From: Octopus vulgaris
Lineage: Eukaryota
NCBI GenBank assembly: GCA_951406725.2
Contig: OX597827.1
Coordinates: forward strand, 22,692,001-22,756,000
Direction of reading: 5' to 3'
DNA length: 64,000 bases
A model generated the notes under the pieces. That model saw nothing but the letters and a program-made list of their open reading frames with translations. It was not told the DNA's origin and did not search any database. Position 1 is the stretch's first letter; each line of letters starts with the position of its first letter. The position numbers were made by a program, and so were the translations under genes. Shown one piece after another: positions 1-46,225 of this stretch.

Positions 1-213
1 GAATCAAACGGTGTGAAGGTCTAAGAAAAAATGTACTAAGGATCCTTTATAAGAACCATAGCCGAAAATGGTCAAGTAAGACAGCCAGTTCGACCACAGG
101 AAATAGAAATAGAAATAGCAGCAAGTAGTCGTTGTGAAGAGGGAGCAATGGCCAGTTTACTATCGTTGGGGAGAGAGAAATGGCAGCAGCGAGACATAAG
201 TAGAACAAGAATG

Positions 214-629
214 GGATCTTTTCGGTTTGAACGGCAGTTTTTTCTAGCGGTGTCATATGAAATTGTTACCCATAATTATGACCCTAGTATCGATCTATTG
301 CATTTCAATCTGCTTTAGGGTTAAGGTTGGGGGTGGGAGGAAGGGTATCTTTTTTTCTTCACAAATGTAAATAAACCCAATCTGTTTCTTAAACGATGGA
401 CATATTCTTAGGCACAGAATGCTTTTTACCTCAATGGACATCATTGGTTGGTTGAAATTGCAGAAATTGAAGAAAAAAAACAACAAATATCTTACAAGCT
501 ATAGAATTTTCTCAATAAAGCCAAGAGAAAAAGATGTTTTATAAACACATTCTACCAGTATACGAAGTTTAAAATTTTTTAGTTACCTAGAAATTATGTT
601 AAAAACTGCCGTTCAAACCGAAAAGATCC
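214..629 (+). mobile_element. MITE with ~28-bp TIRs and 8-bp TSD (Merlin-like by inference)
   Basis: TIR GGATCTTTTCGGTTTGAACGGCAGTTTT, TSD caagaatg, internal TTAGGG-like motif. Confidence 0.85.
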
Positions 630-649
630 CAAGAATGCATACAAATCTT

Positions 650-820
650 AACAATGGCCTCCCTCTTGGATGCAGCACACTTCAACACGCCTCTGTTCAA
701 GTAGCTCAACAATCTCACTAGACCGACTTTGCAATGTGCCTACATTGACAGTGCCAACCCTGAGAACTGGGTGAGGGGTGCAAGACGGAAAATGGACAGG
801 AGAGATGGTATTGGGCACCT
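650..820 (-). mobile_element. RTE LINE AP-endonuclease N-terminal remnant
   Basis: LRVGTVNVGTL...EVCCIQE. Confidence 0.75.
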
Positions 821-949
821 GAAAAGAAGGTTTCAGTGATCGTTTGGTGATACAGACATGTCGTATCAGTTGGTCCCTCACTTTAACCTGCCATCATTCA
901 AACATGTTTTCTCCGTTGCTAGTGAGTAGCCTTGTAAATGTACTGATCT

Positions 950-1650
950 CTAATTGTGGAGGGAACCTGTGGTGGTGTCAGACCCAGGAAGACATGGGAG
1001 GAAGTGGTGAAGCATGATCTTCGAATTTTGAGCCTCACAGAAGCAATGTCAAGTGACTGAAACCTTTGGCAATATGCTGCGCTTGTGAGGAAGACCCATC
1101 AAGCCAAGTGAAATCATAGCCATGGCCATTGTTGGTGTCCTGTAACTGGCACCCATGCCGGGGGCACGTAAAGAACACCATTTGAACATTGGGCCTCATG
1201 GAGGCAAAGTGACTGAATTCCTTTTAAGTGCTGGATCTCCTGGAGGCAAAGTGGTTGAGTTCTTTTCAAGCATTGGGCCTCATAGAGGTAAAGTAGCTGA
1301 GTTACTTCTGAGTGTTGGGCCTCCCAGAGGCAAAGTGGCTGAATTCCTTTCAAGCATTGGGCCTCGTGGAGGCAATGACTGAGACCTTTGGCATTATGTC
1401 ATTCTTGAGAAGAAGACCCATCAAGCCAAGCAAAATCGCAGTCGTGGCAGGTACTGGTGTCACGTAAATGGCACATAAAAGCACCCATTAAACTCTTGGA
1501 GTGGTATCCAGCTGTAGAACACCATGCCAAATCAGACTGGAGTCTGGTGTAGTCTTCCAGCTTACCAGCCCTGGTCAAACTGGCCAACTCCTGCCAGTAT
1601 GGACAACAGACATTAAATGATGAAGATTGCTGCTGCTGCTGATGATGATA
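950..1650 (+). mobile_element. RTE 3' end / RTE-tail SINE containing a 42-bp VNTR
   Basis: RPRKTWEEVVKHD fragment, family tail and (GAT)n end. Equivalent copy at about 38722-39525 (-). Confidence 0.7.
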
Positions 1651-2294
1651 TATATATGGCTTTAGGAAGGGTATCCAGTGGTAGAAACCATATCGAAGCA
1701 GACAGTAGTACTTCTGACTTGCCAGCTCCTATTTCTTTACTACCCACAAGGGGCTAAACACAGAGGGGACAAATGGATTAAGTCGATTACATCGACCCCA
1801 GTGTGTAACTGGTACTTAATTTATCGACCCCGAAAGGATGAAAGGCAAAGTCGACCTCAGCGGAATTTGAACTCAGAACGTAATGGCAGACGAAATACGG
1901 CTACGCATTTCGCCCGGCGTGCTAACGTTTCTGCCAGCTTGCCGCCTCCTTGTCAAACTGTCCAGCCCCTGCGAGTATGGGAAACAGGTGTTAAATGATG
2001 ATGATGACATTATACCCAGTCCACTTTGTGAAGTTGTTGACATTAGGAAGAGCATCCAGCTGTAGGAACCAGGTCAGAATAGATCCTGGAGCACAATGCA
2101 GTCCTTGGAACTATCAGATAATATTTATAGTTTCAGGAATTAAGCAGAAGCACACCAAAGCATTGACAAGATCTTTCTTCGTCAGTTATCATCCCAAAAA
2201 ATCATAACAATTTCATGCCTTTAATGATAATATTGTTCATTTTGGGTAGCATCAACTGCAGAAAGCTGCTGGGAATAATGAGCAAACATGGAGG

Positions 2295-2330
<36 letters not shown>

Positions 2331-2395
2331 AATTTTTTGCGTAATGAGATAAAAAACCAAGGCTGTATAGATATTAGAGCATTTATAGATAGAAG

Positions 2396-2450
2396 GTCTT
2401 ACAGCTGTTTCTAGGATATTAATTAATAATAATATCCCTTCATCGGAGAC
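2396..2450 (-). ncRNA. Minimal hammerhead motif (U4C core)
   Basis: GTCT-CCGATGA-AGGGATATTA..TAATATCCTA-GAAAC-AGCT-GTA^-AGAC. Confidence 0.62.
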
Positions 2451-2586
2451 GGTGTGAGAGGAAAAATTAAGTCATAGTTGAACCCTTTATTCGCAATATT
2501 ACCGAATGTGGAAATTAACTATGGTCTGTCTATAGCACTTATTCAGCATTACCTGACACCTTTGGGTCTCAATGACACCATTACCT

Positions 2587-2626
<40 letters not shown>

Positions 2627-3069
2627 TCACAGGTAGAAAACCCTCAGCAAACCAAGTCTGCTCTACAACTTGAGTTGTTGGTATCTCAGTGTGTTCATGA
2701 TGTAGGAAAATTAATGTTTGTCACCTATTCTTACATTTAAACCAACTCCAAGAAGAGTTGGTCATCACTCGCTGAGGGATTCATCTCATATGAAAGATCA
2801 AAATGTAAACACTGTGTGTGTGTATATATGTAATATGTGTGTACATCTATCTATTTGTCTGTATGAACTTTTGTGTGTGTGTGTGTGTGTTTGTTTGTTT
2901 CCGAATCTCCTCAAGCGATTTGCTCATTCACACACTTTTCATCCCAACACTTGTATTGATAATGACATCCAGCTTCGCCCTGAAACATATCTTAATCCTA
3001 AAAGATGTCTAAACCTGATATTAACCCCTTAACCTCAGACACCCACGTGCCTCTGCCATTCCATTGCAG

Positions 3070-34500
<31,431 letters not shown>

Positions 34501-34768
34501 ATAATGAGGGGCGGGGCATTTTTCTGATTGCACCCCTAAACAGGTTCTGACTGCTTACAGTCACATTATACCTGGTCATAATCTCACTTTACAACCAGTT
34601 CAACACCAGCAGTGCACACTAAGGGTGGCTACCTTACATAAAGCCATACAATAGTGACACCACATATTAAGGGTGGTTACCCTTAATCCATACAGCTGAA
34701 GGGTAAGTTACCAGAAGTTAACCCGTAAATATCAATGTTTATCCCTACTATTACAAAACCTTTCGTGA

Positions 34769-34774
34769 AATAAA
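34769..34774 (+). terminator. Candidate polyadenylation signal of DNAAF9
   Basis: AATAAA about 270 nt after the stop, followed by a U/GU-rich stretch (ttctttgtcttttg). Confidence 0.55.
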
Positions 34775-35739
34775 AGAACAAAATACTTCTTTGTCTTTTG
34801 ATTTGATTTCAGTTCCAGAAATGTGGCACAGTGGTGTGACACTGAGTGCCTGAGTGGCACAGTATAATAGCACACTGGATATATGGGTGGCAATAGTTGT
34901 GTAGTGTTGGTTACTGTTGTGGAGAAGTGCGAAATGGTGGTGTGTAGACACTACATCTAAGTTCATCCCTCTAAAAACTGTATTCAAATGGATTTGAACT
35001 CTGTACTTCGTGTTTATGAAACATAGTTTATACATTACTGTTTCTCTACTTCCTCATGGTACCTATTATTTACCTATTTCTTTATTGCCCACAAGGGGCT
35101 AAACATAGAGGGGACAGACACGGATAGACAAAGGGATTAAGTCGATTACATCGACCCCAGTGCGTAACTGGTACTTAATTTATCGACCCCGAAAGGATGA
35201 AAGGCAAAGTCGACCTTGGCGGAATTTGAACTCAGAACGTTACGGCAGACGAAATACGGCTACGCATTTCGCCCGGCGTGCTAACGTTTCCGGCAGCTCG
35301 CCACCTTAGACACTTGCCCAAGGTGCAGGGGGACTGAACCTGGAACCATGTGGTTGGTAAGCAAGTTACTTACCACACAGCCACTCCTACATCCAGACCA
35401 GGGAGTCGGTGATATTTAAATACCACGGTGTTTCGGTTTGCTAGTAAGAGTTGTTTCCCCTGGTAAAGTATTGCAACTTTGGTAACGTGAAAGCCGGGAA
35501 GTTGTAAGAGAAATAGACAGGAACGCAGACAGACCGACAGGCAAAGAGAGACAGACACAGCGGCCCAGCAACAAAATTTGTTTAGGGTGCAAACCCAGGT
35601 TCAAATTTTTTAATGAAAAAAGCGGATTATTTTCAATGTTAACATTAAAACAAAAGCAGGCATGATAATTTTTATTATTATGAGTGTCGGCTGAAATGTT
35701 TCATAGGGTGAGCAAGACACTCTCACGGAATGGGACCAA

Positions 35740-36140
35740 ATGAAGATCATTTTTTTAACGCAGTTCCTCTTACTGTCCACACACTTCCATCGGTAGTTGC
35801 AGTGCTTGGATCACACTGGTAAAGAAGCTGTTCTGTTGGTCAAAATAGTCATCAACAGGAGACAAGACGTCATCATCACAGTGATGCTGGTGCCCAGCTG
35901 AGTGTTTTTCTATGATAACTAGATGGAACCAAATCCCTAACATAGGGAGGATGATCAACCCGTTCAAAGCCAGTCACGCACAGCAGCCATTGAAAGCAAG
36001 GACTTGTGTGCTGAAGCATTGTCCTAATAGAACAGGATTCCATCCATCAGTTTTTCTGGGTGTTTGGTCTTGATAGCCTTTCATAACTGCCTTAGCAAGT
36101 TGGCATTGAAGTTTCTATTGATGGTGTGATCATTTTGAAG
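35740..36140 (-). mobile_element. Decayed mariner transposase
   Basis: Minus strand gives DNASAH and DHPPY-like remnants; boundaries approximate. Confidence 0.65.
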
Positions 36141-36937
36141 ATGGTCAATTAACACAATATTTTTTTGCATTAACGTATAGTATATGTAATAATGTGAAGT
36201 ATATTTTGCATATTAAAATGTTTAATTTTGGAAATATATCAAGCAGAGCAAACATAAGCAGTAAAAATACAAATTGCAAATATTTCAAAATGTGGGATGA
36301 AAGCTAACAAAAAACGAAGAAAATAGTGGTGCTTGTGTTCCAAGGGTACAATTAGAAGGCTCAGGAGAAGGATAGAAAGATGGGAAAGAAGAGAACAGAG
36401 ATAGAAGGAAAGAAAAGAATGAAAAATGAAAAGGTAAACTGGGGGTCTGAAGTGAGTGCTAGGCAGGAAATGAAACAAAATACATGTCTTACCTATGCAC
36501 TGGTCAAGTAGAAAAAAAGATGAGTGATAAAAAATTGGTACCAAGAAGTGAAGAAAGAGAGACGGAGTGGAGTAGAGAAGGTTGGAGAAGAACAAGTATG
36601 AAGAATGAGGAAATGCAGAAAAAAAAGGGGGATAAAGACAGAGAGTAGGTAGTTGACAGAGATGGAGAGAGGAAGTAATGGAAGGGAGTAAAGAAAGGCA
36701 GCAGATGGGTAGACAGGCAGCTAGAAATAGATGGGGAAGGTTTTGTGCACAAGAGGGGAGAGGAGAAGGACAGAGAAATAGATAGGAAAAAGAGAAAGTC
36801 TTGCACCAAATATTGAACACTGTGTGGGGTACCATTGAGTGGGAATAGAAGTGGGCTGTGTGACACATTATATTGACTAACAACCGTAAAATATTGCACA
36901 GGAAGTCAACACACACACACACATATGTGTATGTGTT

Positions 36938-36988
<51 letters not shown>

Positions 36989-36999
36989 ATATAATATAA

Positions 37000-38640
37000 T
37001 AATAAAGGAAATTGTTGTATACAGTACTCAGGTGCACTACAACTACAAAATAAAAAGGCAGATTTCAGGAAGCATGGGAGTCTTGAAGAATGGAGTGTCT
37101 TGACAACTAACAACTGATGCAGGTAGTTTATTCCATGCTTCAGTAATTCTGAGTGTGAAAAAGTGTTTCTGAAAGTCATGGGTGCTGTGTTGTTTTTTTG
37201 ATTTTGTAAGCATGTCCACGAGTGTTTGTCATATGGAATTCAAAAAGTTGCCTAAGGTTATTATTGGAAAGGTGGTGGATAATCTTGTGGGTGTCTACTA
37301 AGTCAGTTGCCAGATGACTGAGCTTCAATGTGTCCAGTGTTCATACCCAAGGAAGCAAGATGTTCAGAGTATGGTAGATGTCTGACAGCGGGTATTTGTT
37401 TTGTTGCACATTTCTGAAGTTTACTGAAGAGTTATATACTGAGCAAGATAAGGGGTTCCAGACTGGTGATGCAAATTCCAAGTGTGGACGTACCATTGTC
37501 GTATACAGTTTTAAATAGAAAGCTGGAGAGCAGCTGACAAAGTCCTTACTGAGTGATGCTAGCACTCACCCCCCCCCTCAGCCACCTTGACAATCTTAGA
37601 GATGTAGTTTGTCCAACACAGATCAATTCTGCTAGGAGACTTCTTGGGATTGGTATTACTGAGGGAGTATATAAAGGCTGGATTTTCCCTCCCAAAATGC
37701 ATGGTGATGCACTTATCATCCACAGCTAGCTTGAGTTGCCAGTCAGAGATCCATTGCTGCATTGTGTCCACGTCTAATTGCAGGAAAGATCTATAGTGCA
37801 TAGGATCTGTTCTTTTTATTTCGAGGTACAGCTTGATGTCATCAGCATATTTCAGCACTGTAAAATTCCTCAAATTGGCATCTGTATCATCAATATATGC
37901 AACAAACAGTAGGAGTCCAAGAACATATCCCTGTGGTACACCTGAAGTCATCTTGGAGAGTGAAGAATGATGTCCTAGAACAGTAACTCCCTCTTTCCGA
38001 CCGAGAATGAAGGACTTCAGCCAGTTATAGAGATCATCCTTCACACCCACTGCAGAGAGTTTTATACCATGATTCGTTTGTGTGGTACAGAGTTGAAGGC
38101 TTTAGCAAAATCAGGGGAGACAGCATCCACCCATAAGCTGCCATCAGTAACTCAGGTGATGTCCTCATCCTCAAGAAAGTCGATGAGTTGACTACAGCAG
38201 CTGGAGTTGGGATAAAACCAAATTGTGAGGATAGAATAAGGCTGTGAGACCTTCAAAAGTTCTAGAGTGTTTCTCTGACACAGGACTCCATCAGTTTGGT
38301 GATGCAGCTAGAAAGGCTGACTGGACGGTAGTTGACAGGAGATGTGTGATCCCCTTTTTTGAACAGGGGGACGACACTGGCAATTTTCCAGTGCCCTGGA
38401 GTGACACAATTGTTAAGGCAGAATTGAAAAAAGGAAGAAAGCTGGTGCAATAGAAAGAATCCACCATGTTTGAGAAGCAGATAAGTTACACCATCAAGGC
38501 CAGGAGAGGAATAGTTGCAATTGTTCTTGAGGTGGCATCGCAGCATTCTGAGTGTGAATTTCACAAATGTTACGGAATTTGATGTCAGAGTTGGTGAGGA
38601 AGGTACATTGGGATTTTCAGCAGTAAAAATGCCAGCATAG
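37000..38640 (-). mobile_element. CR1/L2-type LINE ORF2 remnant
   Basis: SPGLDG, PLFKKGD...NYRPVSL, GVPQGYVLG, KYADDIK, VRPHLEFASPVWNP. Related 3' ends at about 29140-29490, 14990-15215 and 31560-31725. Confidence 0.85.
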
Positions 38641-39882
38641 CATTCAGCAATAAGCTCAGTACATTCCTTGGAATGTGTGTATGTATATATGTATGCATGC
38701 ATGAATATGTGTGTGTGTGTGTATCATCATCATCATCATCATCATTTAACTTCCATTGTCCATTCTGGCATGGGTTGGATGGCTTCACCAGGGCTGGTAA
38801 ACTGGAAGGCTGCACCAGACTCCAGTCTGATTTGGCATGATGTTCTACAGCTGGATGCCCTTCCTAATGCCAACTACTCCGAGAGTATAATGGGTGCTTT
38901 TACATGCCGACAGCACGGGTGCCATTTCTGTGACACCAGAATCTGTCACAACTGTGATTTTGCTCAGCTTGATGGTCTTCTCAAGCATGAGATAATGCCA
39001 AAAGTCTCAGTTGTTGCCTCTATTATGCCCAATGCTCAAAAGGAACTCGGCCACGTTACCTCTATGAGGACCAGCACTTGAAAGGAACTTTGCCATTTTG
39101 AATCCATGTGGCCCAACACTCAAAAGGTGTTCATCCACTTTGCTTCCGTGAGGCCCAATATTTGAAAGATGTTCTTTATGTGCTACCAGCATGGGTGCCA
39201 GCCACGACTATGATTTCTCTTGGTTTGATGGGTCCTCTCCAGCACAGCACATCGCCAAAGTTCTCGGTCACTAGTCATTGCCTCTGTGAGGCTCAAAGTT
39301 TGAAGATCATGCATCACCACTTCGTCCCATGTCTTCCTGAATCTACTTCTACCACAGCTAGAGGTTAGCTCTTCTTTACACTGTTGTCCTCATCTACACG
39401 CATCACATGACCACACCAGTGCAGTCGTCTCTCTTCTACATCATATCTGATGCCTCTTATGCCCATCTTTTCTCTCAATATGCTTACACTGTTGAACATG
39501 CACACTGACATTGCACAACCAGCAAAACATATCTTCATAATTTTAATAATTATTACCTTTGAAGGTTATTTTTTCCATGCTGACCACTTGATAAAATCGT
39601 CATTTTATTTTTAAATTAACGATCTTATCCTTATTTATATAAATTCATATATATATGTAGAAACACTGCCAGATAAGACTGGAGCCTGGTGCAGCCTTCT
39701 GGCTTCCCAGATCCCCGGTCGAACCGTCCAACCCATGCTAGCATGGAGAACGGACGTTAAACGACGATGATGATGATGATGATGATATATAAACATACAC
39801 ATACACTTATTATATATATATATATGTCAAACCCATGCTAGCATGGAAAGCGGACGTTAAACGATGATGATGATGATGATGA

Positions 39883-39933
<51 letters not shown>

Positions 39934-40014
39934 TCCCGGGTTGAGTCGGGGTTAACCACAGTAAATAAGGTACTCAATACATAGCAGAGTAAATTAATTT
40001 ATTTTATAGAAGGA

Positions 40015-40293
40015 GCTTCTACAGGACTAGAACTGTTTCATTCAAAAGAAATCATCAGGAAGAGTGTGAGTATATATATATGCGCACGTGTATAGATAGA
40101 GAGAGAGAGAGAGAGAACGTGTGTGTCTGTATATCTATTTCTTTACTACCCACGAGGGGCTAAACACAGAGAGGACAAACAAGGACAGACAAACGGATTA
40201 AGTCGATTACATCGACCCCAGTGTGTAACTGGTACTTATTTAATGCTTCCTGATGATTTCTTTTGAATGAAACAATTCTAGTCCTGTAGAAGC
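40015..40293. ncRNA. Inverted pair of hammerhead motifs (40015-40062 -, 40245-40293 +)
   Basis: CTTC-CTGATGA-TTTC.TTTT.GAAT-GAAACA..TGTA^-GAAG. Confidence 0.62.
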
Positions 40294-40305
40294 TCCTTCT
40301 ATAAA

Positions 40306-40359
<54 letters not shown>

Positions 40360-40680
40360 AATAATATATAAATATATGCATATATACATATATCTACATA
40401 CCTACATATATATGTACATATACATGCATATATGGGTACAACTGAAGAAAAGGAATATTCCTTGTGCTGTATGTTTTTTGGGGAAAAAAAGTTCGTTTTT
40501 ATGTTTTATTTTCTCATTATGCTCAACTTTTTTTTAGATGTCCTGTACCCATACATGCATGTGTATATCTACATATATATGTAGGTATGTACGTATATGT
40601 ATGTATACATGCATATATTCATATAATATTTATACTATTATATGATCGAACGCTATGCATCCTTTTCCAAGTAAGTTTTT

Positions 40681-40755
<75 letters not shown>

Positions 40756-41113
40756 AGTGGTTGGCGTTAGGAAGGGCATCCAGCTGTAGAAACATTGCCA
40801 GATAAGACTGGAGCCTGGTGCAGCCTTCTGGCTTCCCAGATCCCCGGTCGAACTGTCCAACCCATGCTAGCATGGAGAGCGGACGTTAAACGATGATGAT
40901 GATGATGATACACACACACATATATATAAATATGCATGCAGGTACGCACACATATATATAAAGATGTCATCAATCTTTTATCTCAAAGTCAGAAATTCTT
41001 GGTTCTTTGCCAATGCTGTTTACCAGTGAAATGCTGGCTTCTTACATGTGTTACATTGACATTACCTGTACCAACATATTATATCTACCTAACTAGTTGT
41101 TCATACACCTCCT

Positions 41114-41207
<94 letters not shown>

Positions 41208-41427
41208 TGCACATATATATCTTTCTTTTTCTCTCTTTCATTTTGTTTGTGTGCATATCTCTTACACTTCTTCACACACACACACACACACACACACATT
41301 TGTGTAAAAGGAGATGCAACGTGCTGATAAGGATATCATCATCATTTAACGTCCATGTTTCATGCTGGCATGGGTTAGATGGTTTGTCTGGCACTGGAAA
41401 GCTGGAGAGCTGTACCAGCTTCATACA

Positions 41428-42152
<725 letters not shown>

Positions 42153-42159
42153 CCGGTCG

Positions 42160-42340
42160 CATGTAAAAGCACCCACTACACTCTCGGAGTGGTTGGCGTT
42201 AGGAAGGGCATCCAACTGTAGAAACTCTGCCAGATCAAGATTGGAGCCTGGTGCAGCCATCTGGCTCGCCAGCTCTCAGTCAAAATCGTCCAACCCATGC
42301 TAGCATGGAAAGCGGACATTAAACGATGATGATGATGATG
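42160..42340 (+). mobile_element. RTE-tail SINE family, representative copy
   Basis: GGAGTGGTTGGCGTTAGGAAGGGCATCC...GCTAGCATGG...(GAT)n. Other copies near 7320-7645(-), 11320-11500(-), 20110-20330(-), 23530-23715(+), 39655-39885(+), 40755-40905(+). Confidence 0.8.
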
Positions 42341-42699
42341 AAAATGGAGAAGAAATTAAAAACGATGAACTTTTATAGATGTAATAAGTGATATACTGTT
42401 AAATTTCTTCAGGAAAAATAAGTGTTTACTGTCTTGACTTATGAATTATTGATGATTCAAAAATATTGTTAGATTGAAACATATACTCTTTTACTTACTC
42501 TTTTACTTGTTTCAGTCATTTGACTGCGGCCATGCTGGAGCACCACCTTTAATCGAGCAACTCGACCCCGGGACTTATTCTTTTGTAAGCCCAGTACTTA
42601 TTCTATCGGTCTCTTTTGCCGAACCGCTAAGTAACGGGGACATAAACACACCAGCATCGGTTGTCAAGCAATGCTAGGGGGACAAACGCAGACACACAA

Positions 42700-42768
<69 letters not shown>

Positions 42769-43233
42769 TACAACGGGCTTCTTTCAGTTTCCGTCTCCCA
42801 AATCCACTCACAAGGCTTTGGTCGGCCCGAGGCTATAGTAGAAGACACTTACCCAAGGTGCCACGCAGTGGGACTGAACCCGGAACCATGTGGTTGTTTA
42901 GCAAGCTACTTACCACACAGACAGAATTTCTTTTTGGATATTTTGGTGTTGTTTTGTTGATGCGGTTCCTTTATACTTGTTCTTTTAGGTATATCTTATA
43001 ATATTTTAATTTGCATTATTTTTCCAATTGTGATTCAAATAAAATGAACCAAGAATCTTTTTTAATTTATCTTCTCCATTTTCTTTTATTGACTTTTTAA
43101 TTTTATGACACTGTTTATAAATATTGAGGGAGTTTCTATCAATATATTTGGTTAAACCCTGTTGGCATCTGGATTGTCTTTAACAATCCCTTACAAGGAT
43201 ATTGCTTCCTCTAATTCTGAATGTACGTACATG

Positions 43234-43268
<35 letters not shown>

Positions 43269-43269
43269 C

Positions 43270-43338
43270 CATATGGTGCAGTGGACTCCTGCAGAGCCCA
43301 TAATCCAGAGGTTATTAAATTGAAGCTTTGCTCTTGAA
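43270..43338 (+). pseudogene. Degenerate initiator tRNA-Met-derived sequence
   Basis: TGGTGCAGTGGA...GCCCATAATCCAGAGGT resembles the tRNA-iMet D and anticodon arms; T arm and acceptor stem are decayed. Confidence 0.5.
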
Positions 43339-43989
43339 ACTCAGCAATTTTTGTGGCTGAGTGGTAAAAAGTTTGCATTCCAACCGCATGCTATGGCTTC
43401 AAGAGACACAGATATCTCAATAGGGCAAAAGATTTAGCTGCATCTGATGTCAACCTGCTAGACATAGCAGCCAACAATAAACTCCATATGTACTCTAACC
43501 CTTTCCAGATTAAACTTAAAACTGATATCAGAATATTTAAAAACTATAAAAATGAGTTTGTTTTTGTGATTACAAGTTAGGAAAGACGAATACATGTATA
43601 CCAGGAACTAGAAAAACAGTAGTGTGCCATGCTTAATCAACACAGATTTAAGCCAGATGTTGCTAGATTTCTCAAATTTATGATTACATTGGAAAGGGGT
43701 GGAGACCTAAATCTGGGATTCCTCACCAGATGCTTTCCCTAACACCAACACTCACCCATTTCCAAGAAGAGTGGTTTGTTTTTCATACAGCTCGGCAGGA
43801 GTGGCTGTGTGGTAAGTAGCCTGCTTACCAACCACATGGTTCTAGGTTCAGTCCCACTGTGGCACCTTGGGTAAGTGTCTTCTATTATAGCCTCAGGCCA
43901 ACCAAAAGCCTTGTGAGTAGATTTGGTAGACGGAAACTGAAAGAAGCCCGTCATATATACACACACACACACACACAATATATATATAA

Positions 43990-44318
43990 AAGACCCCCTT
44001 CGGTCATGAATGACCATGGGATTGCACCCAGAAAGTTACCCTCCTAGACACAAGTCCGGGCAAGGTTGTTTATGGAAGGCTAGCAGTCGCCCATGCATAC
44101 CAGCCTCCCCTCTCCACGCCACCAGTGTTATCCAAAGGAAAGACAAAGGTCGATACAGCTTGGCACCTGTGACGTCGCAACTCATTTCTACAGCTGTGAG
44201 AACTGGAGCAACGTGAAATAAAGTGCCTTGCTCGAGAACACAACACGCAGCCCGGTCCGGGATTCGAGCTCACAACCTCACGATCGTAAGCTCGACGCTC
44301 TAACCACTGAGCCATGCG
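43990..44318 (-). mobile_element. tRNA-derived SINE (TAC-anticodon-like head)
   Basis: TGGCTCAGTGGTTAGAGC...GCTCGAATCCC head; second copy at about 12815-13150 (-). Confidence 0.8.
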
Positions 44319-44401
44319 CATACATATATATATATATTGTTGTCCCTTTTTGTATCACCTAGTTGTCCGGATGTTTTGCGTTCTTGTCCCATTTTGTATT
44401 T

Positions 44402-44452
<51 letters not shown>

Positions 44453-45069
44453 TGTGTGTGTGTGTGTGTGTGTATGTGTGTGTGTGCATATGTTTGTGTT
44501 TGCCGTTGTTCCCCTGAACATCGCTTGACAACCGATGCTGGTGTGTTTGTGTCCCTGTAACTTAGTGGTTTGGCAAGGGAGACAGATAGAATAAGTACTA
44601 GGCTTAGAAAGAAGTCCTGGGGTCGATTTGTTCGACTAAAGGCGGTGCTCCAGCATGGCCTCAGTCAAATGACTAAAACAAATAAAACAATAAAAGAATA
44701 AACGACATTGATCATTTGATGATGAACCTCATTTGCATATACTGTGCCATATTGAGACAAAGTGACATGCACACACACACACACACACGTACATAAATAC
44801 AGAGAGAGAGAGAGAGAGAGACGTGTATGCATATACACAGCACACACACATATAAAAACCGAGACGCATATATTCCATCAGAAGATAAGACAAATGTGTC
44901 TTTAGTGGGATCAGGTGTTAGGAGATTAACAGATCAACTCCATACTGCTTACTTGATCTGTTTTAATCTGTTTTTTTACTCTTTATCTCCTGTTTTTATC
45001 AACATGGCCATATGTTATAACTGTTTATGTTCATATGAGTGCCACGATGTGTGTGTATGTGTGTGTGTG

Positions 45070-45125
<56 letters not shown>

Positions 45126-45165
45126 TATATATATATGAATATATATATATATGAATATATATATA

Positions 45166-45214
<49 letters not shown>

Positions 45215-45333
45215 TATATATATATGAATATATATATATATGAATATATATATATATGCATATATATATATGTATATATATATAGATATATATGTATATA
45301 TATATGCATAGATATATATGTATATATATATGC

Positions 45334-45367
<34 letters not shown>

Positions 45368-45384
45368 GTATATATATATAGATA

Positions 45385-45416
<32 letters not shown>

Positions 45417-45740
45417 AATATGTTATACATACAACACACACACTTATAAATGCGATCTTCAGTGTATACGTCCACGTGCATTTCTGTCTTATACAATAAG
45501 CCTCTTGGGCCCACTCCTCCCCCAACCCCACAGTGATTGCATATTTAGAACCAGGTTAACCCCCTGGAGGAGTCTCTCTGCATTGCTTTGGTCTGCCAGC
45601 CTGATGCTCCGATTCCTATCTCCCTGGAACATCTCTTGCGTTCTTACAACCAACGAAATTCAGACAACGAAGTTTAACCTTGGAAGTAGAAGTCTGGCGA
45701 AGAAAGAAGCCAGAGAGTTTTGGGGAGAAATTAAATCTAA

Positions 45741-45888
45741 TCATCACCACCACCACCACCACCACTACCACCACCACCACCACCACCATCACCACTACCA
45801 CCACTACCACCACCACCATCACCACTACCACCACCACCACCATCCCCACCATCACCACTACCACCACCACCACCACCATCATCATCAT
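45741..45888. repeat. (CAC)n/(CAT)n/(TAC)n trinucleotide repeat
   Basis: Seen directly. Confidence 0.95.
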
Positions 45889-46225
45889 TCAGAAATTGTA
45901 TGACAGCCATTAAGAATAATGTCAGCTATAGCAGAATCATTTGGATGCTGGGCAAAATACTTTGCTTCTCAAATATGATGGGTTCTTTCTATTGCACCAG
46001 TATTCCATCCATCCTGATGTTCTGAGTTCAGATTCTACCACAGTCACCTTTGCCTTCCATCGATTGGTGGGGAGGGTCAATGAAATAAGTACCAGTCATG
46101 TACTGGGGTCAAAGTAATCACCTTACCTCATCTCCCAAAATTACTGACCTTGAGACACAATTCGAAATCAGTAATTTTGGTAATCCTTTAATTTTTGTGT
46201 CTGCTTTGGCATTAAAGCCTGCTTC

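Noticed and set aside
2131-2730. Additional upstream DNAAF9 exons (ALTRSFF at 2131-2180; VENPQQ...VSQCV from 2633)
   Set aside because: Similarity is weak and there is no convincing phase-2 donor to join exon 3070. Left unannotated.
45616-45693. Amidated neuropeptide C-terminus (CLNFVGC...PGR*)
   Set aside because: No in-frame upstream exon, signal peptide or dibasic cleavage site was found.
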